Part shown: piece after piece, positions 1 through 13,002 of the stretch
How the letters are laid out: each line of letters opens with the position of its first letter
Position numbering within the stretch: the first letter of the stretch is position 1
DNA from: Klebsormidium nitens
Taxonomy: Eukaryota; Plantae; Klebsormidiophyceae
Assembly (NCBI GenBank): GCA_000708835.1
Contig: DF237166.1
Coordinates: forward strand, 73,870-137,869
Length of the DNA: 64,000 nt
Direction of reading: 5' to 3'
Made by a program: the position numbers and the translations under genes
Notes under the pieces: model-generated
The model's database searches: none
What the model saw: the letters and a program-made list of their open reading frames with translations, nothing else
What the model was told of the DNA's origin: nothing

Positions 1-3000
1 ATCGATATAGTCAGATATGCCAAGCAACTCGAAGCATCCTCTCATGGATCTTGATCCACACCCTTCTCAGAAAGTTGCAAGAAAGTCAGAGGTAAGACAA
101 GGGGATCATCACACCATAATGGGCGAGCACCTTCCTTGCTCACACCTGCAAATGCACGGCAGAGCTCCCACTAGCATTGGTCCTCACCTGTGAAAGTCAA
201 CAATGAGCTCAATGAGCTCAACCAGACCAATGCTGTCTGGCGCCGCCCCAAACACCGTGCAACTCGACCTTTACCGCAACTCGCACACTACCAGCTGACT
301 CACTTCCAACAACTTGTGAAGCGCTTTGCTGCAATGCTGTCACTTGTTCCCTCCGTCTCTGCTAGACAACGCAGCACCACCGCAAAGTTTTGACAAGGAA
401 ACCTTTGATCTGAACGAGCTGCGAAGTGTCGTAGCCTTCCAAGTTGTTCTCGAATGCTGCACCCTCGGCGCTCTTTTTGCGCGCAGGGGGACTGCTCGAT
501 TGAACCAAGGCGATCATCCCCCCGACCCGAATGTTAATGGAGTGCATGCAGTCTGGATGGCTGAACAACCGAGGGCCTAGGGTACGAGGCTAGCTGCATG
601 ATCACTGCATCGGTACATGCGTACCTACTCCGGGTGCCCCTTCATGGACCGGACCTCGTACAGCTGGGCAATCACCCCGTGTGTCGAGCCACCAGCCCAA
701 ACCCGGGACGGTTTCGAATCGAAACGCGTCAGAGTTTTTGAAGTCTGGTTCATGAACGACGATAATCCAGCAGGTGTGCGGCGTTCGACATTCCGCAATC
801 TCCGAAGATCTTGCCAATCAATTCGAGCGGGAAATCGAACTCGACGGTTGGAGGAACTCAGAAAGTCAACATCACCTGTGACGCCACGCGTTTAAAATCC
901 GTAGTCTCATTTTACGCGCTTTTTACCTCGGGAATCTCAAGCGCTTTTTCAGGCGTTCGCTTCGGGTGCCTGTGCACCGTAGGCAATTTGGGGTCGAGTT
1001 TTCAAATCCCCGAGAATGCCTGTGACGTGAAATCCGCAACCTGGCTGGGACCCGCGTGGAACTCCCCACCTGTTTCGATGCACTGACAGTTTTCTGAATT
1101 TCGGTTGGGCTCCAACTTCCAAAGTTCCAACCGTATCGGTGACGAATCATCCGAACCGTCAGATTGGATACGAAGCCAATCTTACGGTGTTATCGACATG
1201 GAGTTCACGTGTTCACTGCGGGGGCCGTAACTGCCTCAGCATTGCGTGGCCATCTGTGATTGGATGTCTGCCTCCGAGTTTAACGAACTATTGCTTTGCA
1301 AAGAACACGAGAGCACACGTGGAAGCAGTACAAAGGCGTGCATGCGCAACCGGGGGCTCCGGCTCACTTGATCCGATCAGCACCGACCCGTACCTATCTA
1401 CCGTACTGGATGCCGGAGCTCGGTGGGTGCCTTGACGGTACAAACCTCTCCAGAGTCCAGGGAGAATGTACCTACGGTATGTAACTTGAGTAGGACGGGA
1501 ACCACCGTGCTACAGTACCTACCTACGAGGGCAGACCCGGAGCCCGTGTGGAGCTACCGGCTGGACAAAGTGTCCCGGTGAATAATTCTAGAGCTCGGTA
1601 CAGCCCTCCCATGCAGATTGGCATGCGTTCTTTCGTACGGTGTACCTGTTGCCGATCGCTTCAAGTTGAGTACCTATACCGTAGGTACATAATATGAACC
1701 TACAGTGCTCAAACTAGTGGGTACCTGCATACCGATACTACCTACGGTACTAGGCAGGTCCTACTACCTAGACGTGCCTAATAAGGGTACGGTTACTACG
1801 GTACCAAGTAGTTTGCGGAGTTATACGGTCGAACCTATGCCATATCTCACCGTTTACCCACTACGGTAGACAGTAGGAACCTAAGGAGTACCGGTCATTC
1901 TTAACAAAAATTTCCCTCTAATTAAAAGAAGGTTATTGACAACTTTCACGCAAATTTGTGTCCAGGAAACGGCTAATTTTGCAAGGTACCGCAAAAAAAA
2001 CGGTAGGTACCCGCCAACGTACTTATCTACTGAGGTCGTGATGATGGAGAGAGTGGAAAGTGTACTTCGTAGCACGCTGCAGCCTGCCGGCATGGGCCGC
2101 AGGACTGCATGACAATCAGATGGATACGGTGTACCTTCCGTCTTGATGCCAACAGCACTCTGCTTCAGATGTTGTGTGTGAAATTACTTTTGCAGCTTAT
2201 ATTTGTGCGCGCGTGGAGATGGCCAAATCCATCGACGGCTTGGAATGGTGACTAGGTCACGTTGTTGGGCCCGGTTAGCGGGGGCGTTTCCATTGTTGGT
2301 CAGCTCTGCCAGTCCACGTGTCATGCAAATATGCTCCCAGGCTGATGCATGCATGAGGACAAATAGCTTATCCGGGCCTGATCCTGCCACGCTGGCAGCT
2401 GGCAGGCGATCGGGTGCTGCTGCGGAATATCAGAAGGATCGGTTCAAGATGGCGTCCTGATCCCGGCGGATACGTTGCCGAAAGCTTGCAGGCCCAGTCG
2501 CTGTTCAGGAAGACTGACCGACTCACTCCGAAAAGAATGTGGTTCATGGAACCGGGGACTTCAACATCAGTTGACGTCGAGCATTTTGAACCGACCCGTG
2601 AACCACTTTGATATGACAGGTGTCCTCTCCGAGCCCATCTTCTGCTACGTGGCAACCTTCGAGAACGTGATGTTCGCACCCATAGCTAAAGAGTCATAAG
2701 CACATGCTAGATGCCAATGAGATGTTCATAAGGTATGTATGATTTTGAACAAGTGGCACCATCCGATCGGTACTCAATTTCGTGGCGGCATTCCTGTCCG
2801 TAGGATGGTTCGCGCCCAGCTTGTAGAATTTATAGGCACTTGACGGCCATGACGCATACGCTGGAAGACGGCGACCTACTCCTTTCAATGACGATGCACG
2901 AAGCAGACTTTGTTTAGCTCTACGCTTGCTCAGCAATCCACAACCAAACAGCGCTTCTACTTTGACAACCAGGATTCCTTAGAACTGAAGTCGAGTTGTA

Positions 3001-3099
3001 CAATGGCTTCCTTGCAGGCAGTGTCTGTTCGGTCCTCCATCTCTACTTGTTCACTTATAGGGCGGGACCACACTTTGCGGCAGGGGCAATGCTCCACAG

Positions 3100-5400
3100 T
3101 GTCTTACCCTCTTTTGAGGAGCTCGTTCTGCTCCACAAACACGAGTCGCACTGTGAATAAGGGCTCTTATTCTTCATTTGCTGGGACCCGATTCTCGGGA
3201 GAGCCCTTGGGATTGGTGAAAGCCCTTAGCCCAAGGAGAAGGCAATGCAATGTACGAGCAAGGTAGGGCATGGGCGCGCATGTCTACAACGAGCTGGACC
3301 TGAACATTTCATCATGTTGCTATCCTTGTTGCAGTATACGCTTTCATTGTTAGTCGTGACATTGACAGATACTTGGTCAATTCTTTGGAGCGCAGAATAT
3401 AAGCCGCATGTTCTTTGAGCAGCATTGCTCAAACTTTGCTTGGATTTTTGCCTGGTTAGGTACCAACATCTTAATGGTAGATTGAAGCTGCTTTGATCAG
3501 AGTCAGGATGAAAGCCTATCTGAAGTCATAAGTTCTATCGTTGTACTGTAGCCCTAAATATACTCCCAGTCAAATGCGGTTTTGTCTGTAGCACTGGAAA
3601 GCACCCACTGCATGTGGCTACAGCAATCCGCAAAATGGTGACTTTGGATTTTCTTTGGTGCTGCAGTGAAGGCAGGCAAGCTGCCCGGGATGTAGAGAAG
3701 AAGTCAAAGAACATATTTGAAAATATTGTTGACTTCTTCAAGTACATGTAAGCCTACCAACCACTTGCTTTGGGTCACATTGGAGATTGTTGTTGATTTT
3801 ACCTCAATTACCGATGGGCTCTTGTACGCAGCATTGAATGCAGCCAAAAAGCGTGTTTCAGGATCTCATCCACACGATGAAACAGTGACCTCTGTTGTCT
3901 TGTCATAGTTCTGCATCTGGCTCAGATTTAGCTCCTTTGACTGTTTGGTTCTGGATGCAGCAATCAAATGGAGTTTTGAAAGCAGACTCTAAGAAGAGGA
4001 AGCAGCCAAGGACTCTGCACTGCGTTGTTACAGGCCTGATTCAATCTGTCGCTTTCTCTGCAGTATCAACAGCATTCTTGGATTTTTCTCGAGCATCTTG
4101 GGAGGCATCTCCCGTCTGTTCAGAGGCAAGGAGGGCAGTGCCAAGGCCAATCTGAGAAGTAAGTGCCTTTGCCTGTCACACTGCTTGTTCCCTCCCATCT
4201 TAAAAGTATTGCATCCCCAGCTTTCAGAACCGAAATCTCTTTGTCTACTTCGCCAACAAGCAGCATTTCTTCTCTATATGCCTGACTCCTTGTGAGAGAA
4301 AAACAAAGAGACCTCAAAAGGACCTTCTGGTAGGCATCTCCATAGTGTAAGTTCTGCTGCACTCTTGCGGAATCAGCATTGCACATCAACCGAGTAGAGG
4401 ATATGTAATCCATATTCCAACTGTAAGGTAAAGCGCAGAGACTGGTACCAGCTGCTGCAGCCTGGCCGTACAAACTGTTTTGATGTGAATCTGGTTGCTG
4501 GTTGGTTGGTCCTTTTGCTAGTCTATGATGGGCGAGCTGACTTTGTCTAATGCTCTGATTTTTTGACTTTCATTGAAGTTGCGAATTGTTGACACTCTGG
4601 AATTCTGATAATTGTGCCCATCTGATTTCAGATGCTGGTGACAAGGTGGAGGGCGCTGGCAGAGATGTAGGCAATGCTGCTGAAGATGCCGTTGACGCTC
4701 TGGTAAGACAAGAGAGTGATGTCCAACGTGCCACTTCTGCATTTAAAAGTCATTAGATTATTTGAGTTTGATATATTGATTGTAGGAGCAAAAGTCGAAA
4801 ATGATCATTAAATTTGGAAGGAGCAAATCGAAGTTTGGCAATGGCACCAATCTGTTGTTGGTGAAGTCCAATCCATCTTCTTTGAGAGTCTCGGGCTCTG
4901 TCTTGATGCACTCTCACATGTTCTTCAGGATCTGAGCGCTGCAATAGGCGCCTTGATTTGATGCCCATTGAGCCAGTTGTGGCACAGGCTGACATGAACG
5001 CTGCGCTTTTTTCTCTCAGGGAGACAAGGGCAAGGACTTCAAGAGAGGTATCTCGGACGGTCTTGATGATGCTTCTTCAAGGTTGAAGCGCGCTTAAGAG
5101 GTGAGATACTCGCTTTTCAACATATAAGAGCCTACAGCATGATAATACAACGCTAGTGTTGCTGACCATCACCTTTGCAGTTTCTGCCAACATCACGTGA
5201 TGGAGTAGTCCAGCAATTGGAGTGCAACTGTCATGCCCAACCTTGAGCATCGAATCTAATTTTAACATGCTGAGTGGTGGTCCGATAGCTGAAATTTTCC
5301 CCCACTTCTTGGCAGGTGGTTGTTGAGCAGCGGTCAGCCTATCTCTTGTTTGTTGTCCAATCGAAGTCAAGGGTTTACGATGTCATTTAAACGGTAGAAA
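3100..5400 (-). mobile_element. Possible heavily decayed L1-like LINE remnant
   Basis: Only weak, frame-broken motifs: DKTAFDWEYI at 3557-3586 (cf. RT DxxKAFDxVxWxYI), RCRHARPCPTLL near 3250-3290 (cf. GVRQGCPLSPLL) and FNDHF near 4800 (cf. endonuclease SDH), in the expected order on the minus strand. Boundaries are approximate. Confidence 0.25.
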
Positions 5401-6566
5401 ATTGACTCTTTCAGACAAAGCACTGCCTTTGAAAATGTTAGGAAACCCTGTACGTAGCTTAGAAGCAACTGAAAGCACCTCGGTGCCTCGTAGATTTGTC
5501 TAGAAGGGTATTGTCTGTAGGCTTAGCATGCTGCGATTTGCTTGTGGACGCTATTGTGTCTTATACATAGACATGTTTGGAGACATAAGATCTCTTCCCT
5601 TTCGACAACCAAAGGCTTGGAAGTGCATGCAATGCATCTAAGTGAATCTCAAATCAAACGCGCAGTGGAAAGAATATATCCAGCCTGTTGCTGTATTTGC
5701 CCTTGATTAAACCTACCAGCAATTTGTGTACAAAATGCAAGCCAGGGCTCCTTCCGTAAGTATGTCAGTAAGCATCCCTGACATTTATTGACGAGAACTT
5801 AGCTTGCACTATGTAGTGCCAAATCCGACTTCGAGCACATTGAATCAGTCGTAACGGTAGTACGACTGAAGGGTTATCATGTTGCGTGCGCAGTCCATCA
5901 TAGGTACGTTGCCATAACGTTGCATCACGATTCACATCCTTATTATACAATGACATATACTAGTCGAAAATGATCGTCGCACATCATTTACTGCTGAGGG
6001 TGGCAATATCACTCAAACAAACCAGAGTCCCGGTCAAACCGTCGAAACAAGCGGCCACAATAAACAAAATGCATATCGAGTATTCACCGCGATTATAAGT
6101 TTTTGCATGTTTGTAACTGATGTACTTGAGCACATGTTCGAGTAGCTTGCAATGCCTCAGAGTCCTCTATAGGACATCGGGCAAGATAGTAAACGACCAA
6201 TTCCAAAGTTGGAGGATCGATATTGGTAATTAAGCTGTAAGATTCTTCTTGAACAGCCAAAACGTTCATAGCAGAGAGCAGCGGCACCATCGAACTTCCA
6301 CTAATTGGAGTATGCAAGCATTGAGTACTTGAGGATGTCCGAGCCCATCAGAAACGAGATCAATGTAGTGTCAGGTCAGCTCAAATCTATCCCTTAAGCC
6401 GAGGTGCAGGGTACATGCATGGCATTACACAGATTATTGCCATGAGAGCCCCCGATTGTCGGAAGCGTGTGCGTTACACTTCCGAGCGCTGTATACTCTC
6501 AAGCTACTGCAGAGTAGCAAACGACAAATTCAACACCTCAGGATCTTCTCCCCGTTCATATGTATC

Positions 6567-8420
6567 TTACGCTCCCGGCACCCTTGTTCTATGTATACGT
6601 ATGCCAAGGTACTCGCACGTGCCGTGAATAGCCACGTGGGGCTTTTTTACGGTGATTGTCAAGTCGTCGACCTTCGAATACCTTCCTAGGATGACGTCAG
6701 CAATGCTCTGCGCTACGGTCTCGAGAAGCAACCGGGGCGGCCCCTCCACGATATCCCTCACGTCCCTGATGGTCAGGGCAAGCAACGCGGGTCGGTCAAG
6801 AGGGCGGGAGCCAGCACAAAAGCAGAAAAGTGACCTGTAAGTTTGCATCCGAGGAAAACAGAAATGGCATTGATGCCCTTTCGGACGTCCAAACCTGGGC
6901 AAGGGGTTCTTTCTGATTCCCGGAAATATGTCAGAATGGAGTGCAAGCACCGGAAAACATGCAGAAACAAATGGCCAAACCTACCGGTAGCTTACGGCAT
7001 AACTAACGGGATCTTCAATGCCGTCAAGTCTACGAGCAGCATCCATATAAGCGCTGTATTAGATTTGAACGATAGTGGACGCCCGAAAAACGGCTCGGAC
7101 GACTCCAACAGGGGCAATCCTGAGACCAATTCAACTAGCGTTTCTCAAAGTGCCAACTTACAGGCGAGCTCTACGAAGCTAACCGGACGCTTTCAGTAAG
7201 GTATCACCCCCTCTGATAATGTACAAAGACCCACCGTGGTAGATCGCCGCATGAAGGACGGTCCTCGCTTGTTTTTCCAAATCGACACTCAGAATATAGT
7301 GAGACATCACAAAATGGCCACATATTTAGACATCAGAAAACGGCCAAGAAGGGTAGACATGGGCGTCGGAAAGTACAAAGAAAGGACAGACTCGCCGACA
7401 GACTGGTGAAGTAACCGTCTCCAAGGTCGTCCATCTTAGTTGCTCAGGTAAAACCTCCCAAGGTGGATGAAAACGAACGCTGCCAATCGGTCAAAATTTG
7501 GACGTCCGAAGTTACACAAAGACTCCACTTAGATTCACTTGTTTGGTCACAGCGTCCGTCGTACCTATTCAGGCGGCGCCAGACATCCCACGACACCGAT
7601 GTCCGACTCGGACGTCCGGAATCTCATAAGCAATCTGCCTTAAACCACCACCCGACCGGTACATATGCGCCAGCAGTGCTGGCCGTTTTCATAATTTGAA
7701 CTTCTCGACCGGAGTTCAAGTTTCCTTATGGGGCGCCACATTTTTGACACCCGCAAATGGGCTCTTTGCATGCTTAGAGCACGCTTCGATCATGTTTTCC
7801 GGAGGTCGTGCCAAGCTCGGTCGCTACAAAGGGGCCTTGTAGGAAGGCGCCATACTTTTCAGCCCTAAAAACCCTCAAGAATAGCTCCTATAAGCTGAGG
7901 ACAGCTTTTCAGGGCCTACAGGCCTTGTTTTTGGCCGTTTGAAGAGCCGGGAAAGGGAGCGCGTCTCAACGGGGCCTGTTCCAGGCGAGCAAGCTTGACA
8001 CCGTCGGATTTGGTGAAGGTTTGATGCAGCTATCGCCGGGAAAAGACGCCACTTTGAGTGTTCAAAAACATGCGCCCCATGAGTCACCGTTTGAATTGCC
8101 CGATCTCGATGACCGTTGGCAAGTTATGCCACGTCAGCATCGAAATTGCCCGGTTTTATAGGTTGGGTGGTGGTGGTGGTGGTGGTGGAGCTCAAATCGT
8201 TGAACTCAGACGTCCGAAGTTATACTGATGATGGGCTTCGACTCACTGGTAGACTGCCGCGTAGTTGACTGTGTCAGCCAGGTCGTCCGTCCGGCCCGCG
8301 CGCGCGAGGTCCGCCGAGGCCTCGATGTCGACCACGAACTTCTGACCCAGCCGGCGCTCCTCCTCGAGCACGCCGTGATACCCGTGGAAAACAAGGCCTT
8401 TCAGCAGGATCGTGTCGCGC
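6567..8420 (-). CDS. folB: Dihydroneopterin aldolase (folate synthesis), two core exons
   Basis: Exon 8247..8420 (RDTILLKGLVFHGYHGVLEEERRLGQKFVVDIEASADLARAGRTDDLADTVNYAAVYQ) joins in phase 2 to exon 6567..6765 (DVRDIVEGPPRLLLETVAQ...KKPHVAIHGTCEYLGIRIHR) through canonical gtgagt/cag sites. FHGYHG, GQKFVVD, NYAAVY and KPHV match DHNA motifs. A candidate first exon (MGGHGWR) ends at donor 10397, low certainty. Confidence 0.93.
8163..8189 (+). repeat. (GGT)n microsatellite in folB intron
   Basis: ggtggtggtggtggtggtggtgg read directly. Confidence 0.85.
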
Positions 8421-9130
8421 CTGAAAAGACGGAGAACAGCGGAATGAGACGGGCGGCGACAGACACTACCGGGAAGCAACTTGTGCCAGAGCGCCGTGGA
8501 ATACAAGGCCTTTCAGCAGGATTGTGTCGCGCCTGAAAAAACGATAACAACAAAAGTTGAGGGGGTTTGATTGGGGGAGATGGGAGAGTCATCCGAGAGC
8601 GCGCCGTGGTAGCCGTGGAAAACAAGGCCTTTCAGCAGGATCGTGACGCGCCTAAGGAGACGGGAACGGTAGACCGAAGTTAGGAATGTTGATGACATCT
8701 TAATTTTGTTGACGGGCGGAGACGGGGTTTCAAGTCAAGGGATTGGTCCAAGCACATCCTGGTAGCTGAGGAAAACAAGGCCTTTCAGCTGGTTGTATCG
8801 CGGCTGGAGAGACAAGAAATGCTGAAATGCTTAGAGAGGGTGACAGAACAAAACAAGGCCTGTCAGCAGGATCGTGTCGCGCCTGGAGAGACGGGAACAG
8901 CGGACCGATGTTTACATTGCTGACCGGCGGAGACGGATTTCGAGATTGGTCCCGAGCATACTCTAAAACACGTGGAAAGCGAGGCCTTTTGACAGGATGG
9001 TGTTGCGCCTCGAGAGACGGCAGGATTCGGGAACAAGTTAGGAGGTTGAAGGGCGAAGGCGGGAATTTCGGTTCGAAAAATGGTGCCGAGAACGCCGTGG
9101 TAACCAAGACAAACAAAACCTTTCAGCAGG
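8379..9130 (-). repeat. Degenerate tandem array (about 7 units, 80-150 bp spacing) of the folB 3' splice site plus exon start
   Basis: Core aaaacaaggcctttcagcaggatcgtgtcgcgcctg recurs with AG acceptors at 8421 (true), 8533, 8652, 8804, 8883 and 9009, plus a partial copy at about 9095-9130. Confidence 0.9.
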
Positions 9131-12100
9131 AAGACAGAAAAGAAGAAACTTTGATTGCGTTTGACGGGCAAAGGCGGAAGATACGTTTTGAAAGATTGGC
9201 GCCATTCAGCAGACTCTTTAAAATGTAGCGCGCCAAAGAGATGGATAGAAAGGAGATTTTCGTGAGGTTTGAAAGCGAAGACGGGAGACACGTTCGAGAA
9301 GACGGTGCCATGCAGCAGACTCTTGTAAAGCAAAGACTTTCTAAAGAAACGAAAGGGGCGAATTCTGGGAAAACTTCGTTTAACAAAGACGGGGGTTACG
9401 CTCACACGGGCGGTGCTATTGACAAAATCTTGGTCGAAGATGATGGGAAGATGCACGGAAAAAGGCGCTTCGAAGTGGTCCTTGTCAGCGTACGGTAAAG
9501 GCAAATCTCAAAGCGGAACCATGTCGCGGAGCCTGCTAGCAAGAAGGTGAAGTTGTTCCACGCTTATAGCGGAACCTGTTGGCGTGAGATCTGCCGCCGA
9601 CGATGTTTTCTCTTCTTAGAGAAGCCACCTTCGTTCGAGAAAGCGAGCGGCAAGAGACTCGCACCAGGAAAGTCGGGAGGGTAACGAAAATGCACGGCAA
9701 GGCGAAGAGAGCTGGAGGCTTCGGTTGAAGACTAGGACGGAAAGGGGTGACAACACTTTGCAGCTGGGAAGGGGTGCATAGACAGCGAATTACATTACGA
9801 AGCCGCCCTAGGTTGAAAGTAAAACGGCGAACGGTGCAATTTAAGCGGATATGTGGTGATAGAAGAGGATTGTAAAATGGAATGCCCGGCAAAAAGGCGA
9901 CAGCCCGGCGTTTCGTGTGTGTTGATAAGTTGCCTAGAGCAAAAAAGCGAAGGCAGCATGGGAAGCAGCCCTGGCAAAGAAATATTCGGGGCGGCTTCCA
10001 TGTTGGAGACAGAGACGGTGCCATGAAGACAGGTTGCTCCTGTCCCTTCAAATGCTGCAAAGTCTGAGAGCACCTCGCGCCTGCGACAACTTCGCAAGGG
10101 CTTCAAAGGACACTGGGTATGTTCTGAGATGATGAAGGGTAGCCAGTCAAGGAAGCACGAACCAGAAAGGGGTAAGAAGGTGGCAGCTCATTGTGAACTT
10201 ACATCGTGCGTGATCTGAAAATCCAAGGTTGAGCCTTGAACTCTGAAGTAGCCAAGCATCAACTAACAAATGACTTTGATCAGCGATGCATGGTTTGTTG
10301 GGAAAGCTTGCATTTATGAGTCATGCCTTGAGATGCTAAAATCCTCTGGGTTGAAGACAAGTCAATTTAACACATGCATAGCTTACATTTGCTCACCGCC
10401 AGCCATGCCCCCCCCATGCTTCCACCGGACCTGAGGTCTTTCGACCGCTGTTCGGTGCGCAAAGCATGACGGCACTGCCGCGGAAGGACGCTGCAGGAGT
10501 GGGGAAAGTACTGATGTGAGGCAGTGACCTTGGGGGGGCAAACCCTCGGAAGCTAGTCTTGAAGACTTCTCAATTCGAAGCCAACGAGCAAGACCAGAAC
10601 AGGCTGAAGGAAGAGATAAGAACGTCCAGTTTCAGGGGCTTGGAGCTCCAGTAAGGAAGAGAAGGAATGAAGAGTCGCCAAACGGGTTCACCTTCCACTT
10701 TCGCAGAGTAGGCTTTTCGGTCAGTGCTGCTATTCTAAGACGATAAGAAACGACTTGGCATCAAGGCATCGTTGTGTCTGACAGGCTAACGGATAATATT
10801 GACAGTCTCTGAGACCATGAGCCAATCAGATGTCGCCCGCATAGGGGCTGCTTACCAGCAAGTGGGCCCATTGCAAGGGAAAAGTGCGGGCTAGACTCTG
10901 CTTTCCGCACTGCGTGTGTACAGACCTGGTGTTTTCATGGCCACTAAAGAGAGATGAGGGGTGAAGCGGCTGACTCTGATTGTCTGGCCCTGTGGGCAGA
11001 CTGCAGCCATGAATAGAAGTTGGAAGCAGGTGAGTGTTCCAATCCAGCTTGTATTGGCAGTATGCCATGCATCTTTTGATCTTGCGCTGCAATCTGAGTG
11101 GTGGTACGTGCTCAATCTCAGCTCAACTCAAGAGGGACTCTCTATATGGAGCGGCGAACGGGTGAGGAACACGTGAATGTCTTGTGCAGGGCAACAAAGC
11201 ACCGCTCGGCTCTCAGACAAGACATTGTACCGTAAGCCACCACTCTGAGTGCAGCCTGATCCTCAGCTGTCAAGGACCCCTGCCGTGTGCTCAACGCATA
11301 GTAGGTCAAGTTGCCCCCTTGCCAAGCTTGCACATGAGAAAACAATTGATGCAACTTTGAGACTGCTGAAAAGGGCTTCCACTTCAGAGATGCATTTCTA
11401 CGATCAGATATGTGAAGGTAGTGCATCTACCAAGTGGGTTAGGATGTGAAGCGTTATCTTTGCAAGGAAGGGCAGGCTGGTCTGGCGCACCAACACCGCC
11501 GGAGCCATAACTTGGTAAGTAGGCAGGAGATGACCCGTGTTCCCACAGAGATGCATTTTTGGCTGGTCTGTACAAGTTTCTCTTTATGACGCCAATGCAG
11601 TTTGGTTTCCTTCAACCCAATCTTTGCCTCCTTTGTCTTGAAGACGCTTGGTTGCGGCTCTGAAATACTCCTGAGAGCCAGCTTAGGATGGCTCTGCTTA
11701 GATAGACTCAGATTCTAGTCAACTGCTGGAGCAATCTGGAGCGACGCACCTCTTTCTGGAGCCAAGCGTGGGGAGGGATATCGATTTCCAATGCCGGAGG
11801 TCTAAGATCTTTGCCAACCGCACAGGCTTGCAAGCCGCCATGAAAAGTGCCGCCATGTCTCAGTCAAGCGCCTTGTGTCAAAAGTGGCCCCATACTCCTT
11901 CACAGACTTCCTGAAGGTTACTTATTCCTATGTCACTGTGTATCCAAGCGTTTTCTCCAGCGGTTATTTAGTAGACTTCACATCCCTATGACGGCTCCAG
12001 AACGAACGCCACAGGAGCCCAAGTGGTGGTATGCGACTAAACTCACTGACTTTCTCAGCGCACGAGCAATGCTGCTTGGGAATTGCTGGTGGGACGAGAG

Positions 12101-13002
12101 AAGCAGCAAAAGTTTCTCTGAGACTCGCAACGGCGGCGCTCAATCAGCACTTCGCTTTGCGGAGTGGATCAGCCCAGCTGGCTAAACATGGTCTTGTTGA
12201 AACACACTTACTGCGCCCATCAGACAACTGAGTGGCAGCTGGTAGAGGCCAGGAGACTCTTGACAGCTCTCTCAATCGCATTATAATTGATTTAGGAACC
12301 TGCAGAAAGGAGGGACCAAATGATCACAACATGCAACATGCAGGAACACTGACCACGCACATTCACTGAATTTCAGTTGTAAACCGCAGCCTCAGGAGTC
12401 AGGGCCAAAGCCAAACCATGTGATTCCTGTGTCTCTCCACGTAAGCAACTCGACGCCGTCCGATAAGCTGTTTCTTGCATATCTACGGTTCGGATCCACT
12501 CAACCAAACCCTGATGGACCGAGCGTCTTGCTGACGTAGTGCCGCAGCACTCAGGAAGCTTGTCATCAAGCATATGGAAGCTTCAGAGGGCGTCATAAAT
12601 GAACGAGGCGCCCTTCTTTCTCCACAATCTGGTCTCTATGGCAGCTAAGCTTTGCTCAAGAGTCAAGATCGCCCTTGGCTACCGGAAGCCGTTGGCTACC
12701 TGAAGCCGTTGTTTCTTCCAGCTAGCTTCTTTGGAATCCGCAAATGCAGCTTTCTAAAGGTACTTTGGGCTTCTTTTGACAAGCACTTCGTATTGCTGAT
12801 TTCACAACTCAGCCCCCGCAGCTCTCATCGCATTTGCGGGACCGCTAAATGCAGAACGCCCTCTTACACCTTTGATCTCCGTTAAACATCTAATCGTGCA
12901 GCAGCCCTCTTCTTTCTGCGCTGTCAGCCACAGGAAGAAAAGATCAGCATTTGGACTGGCCAACCCCAACCCGCGCAACTACTCTCGCCTCAGCATTGCC
13001 TA

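Noticed and set aside
8379-9130. Regularly spaced repeats could be read as a CRISPR array
   Set aside because: Eukaryotic intron context, degenerate units that copy the adjacent exon, related inter-repeat sequence and no cas genes.
8863-9504. 213-aa minus-strand ORF upstream of folB
   Set aside because: It has no recognisable domain and runs through the decayed repeat array, so it is most likely intronic chance ORF.
10800-12600. Fragmented frames that might be a LINE 3' remnant
   Set aside because: No diagnostic RT, endonuclease or zinc-finger motif could be read.
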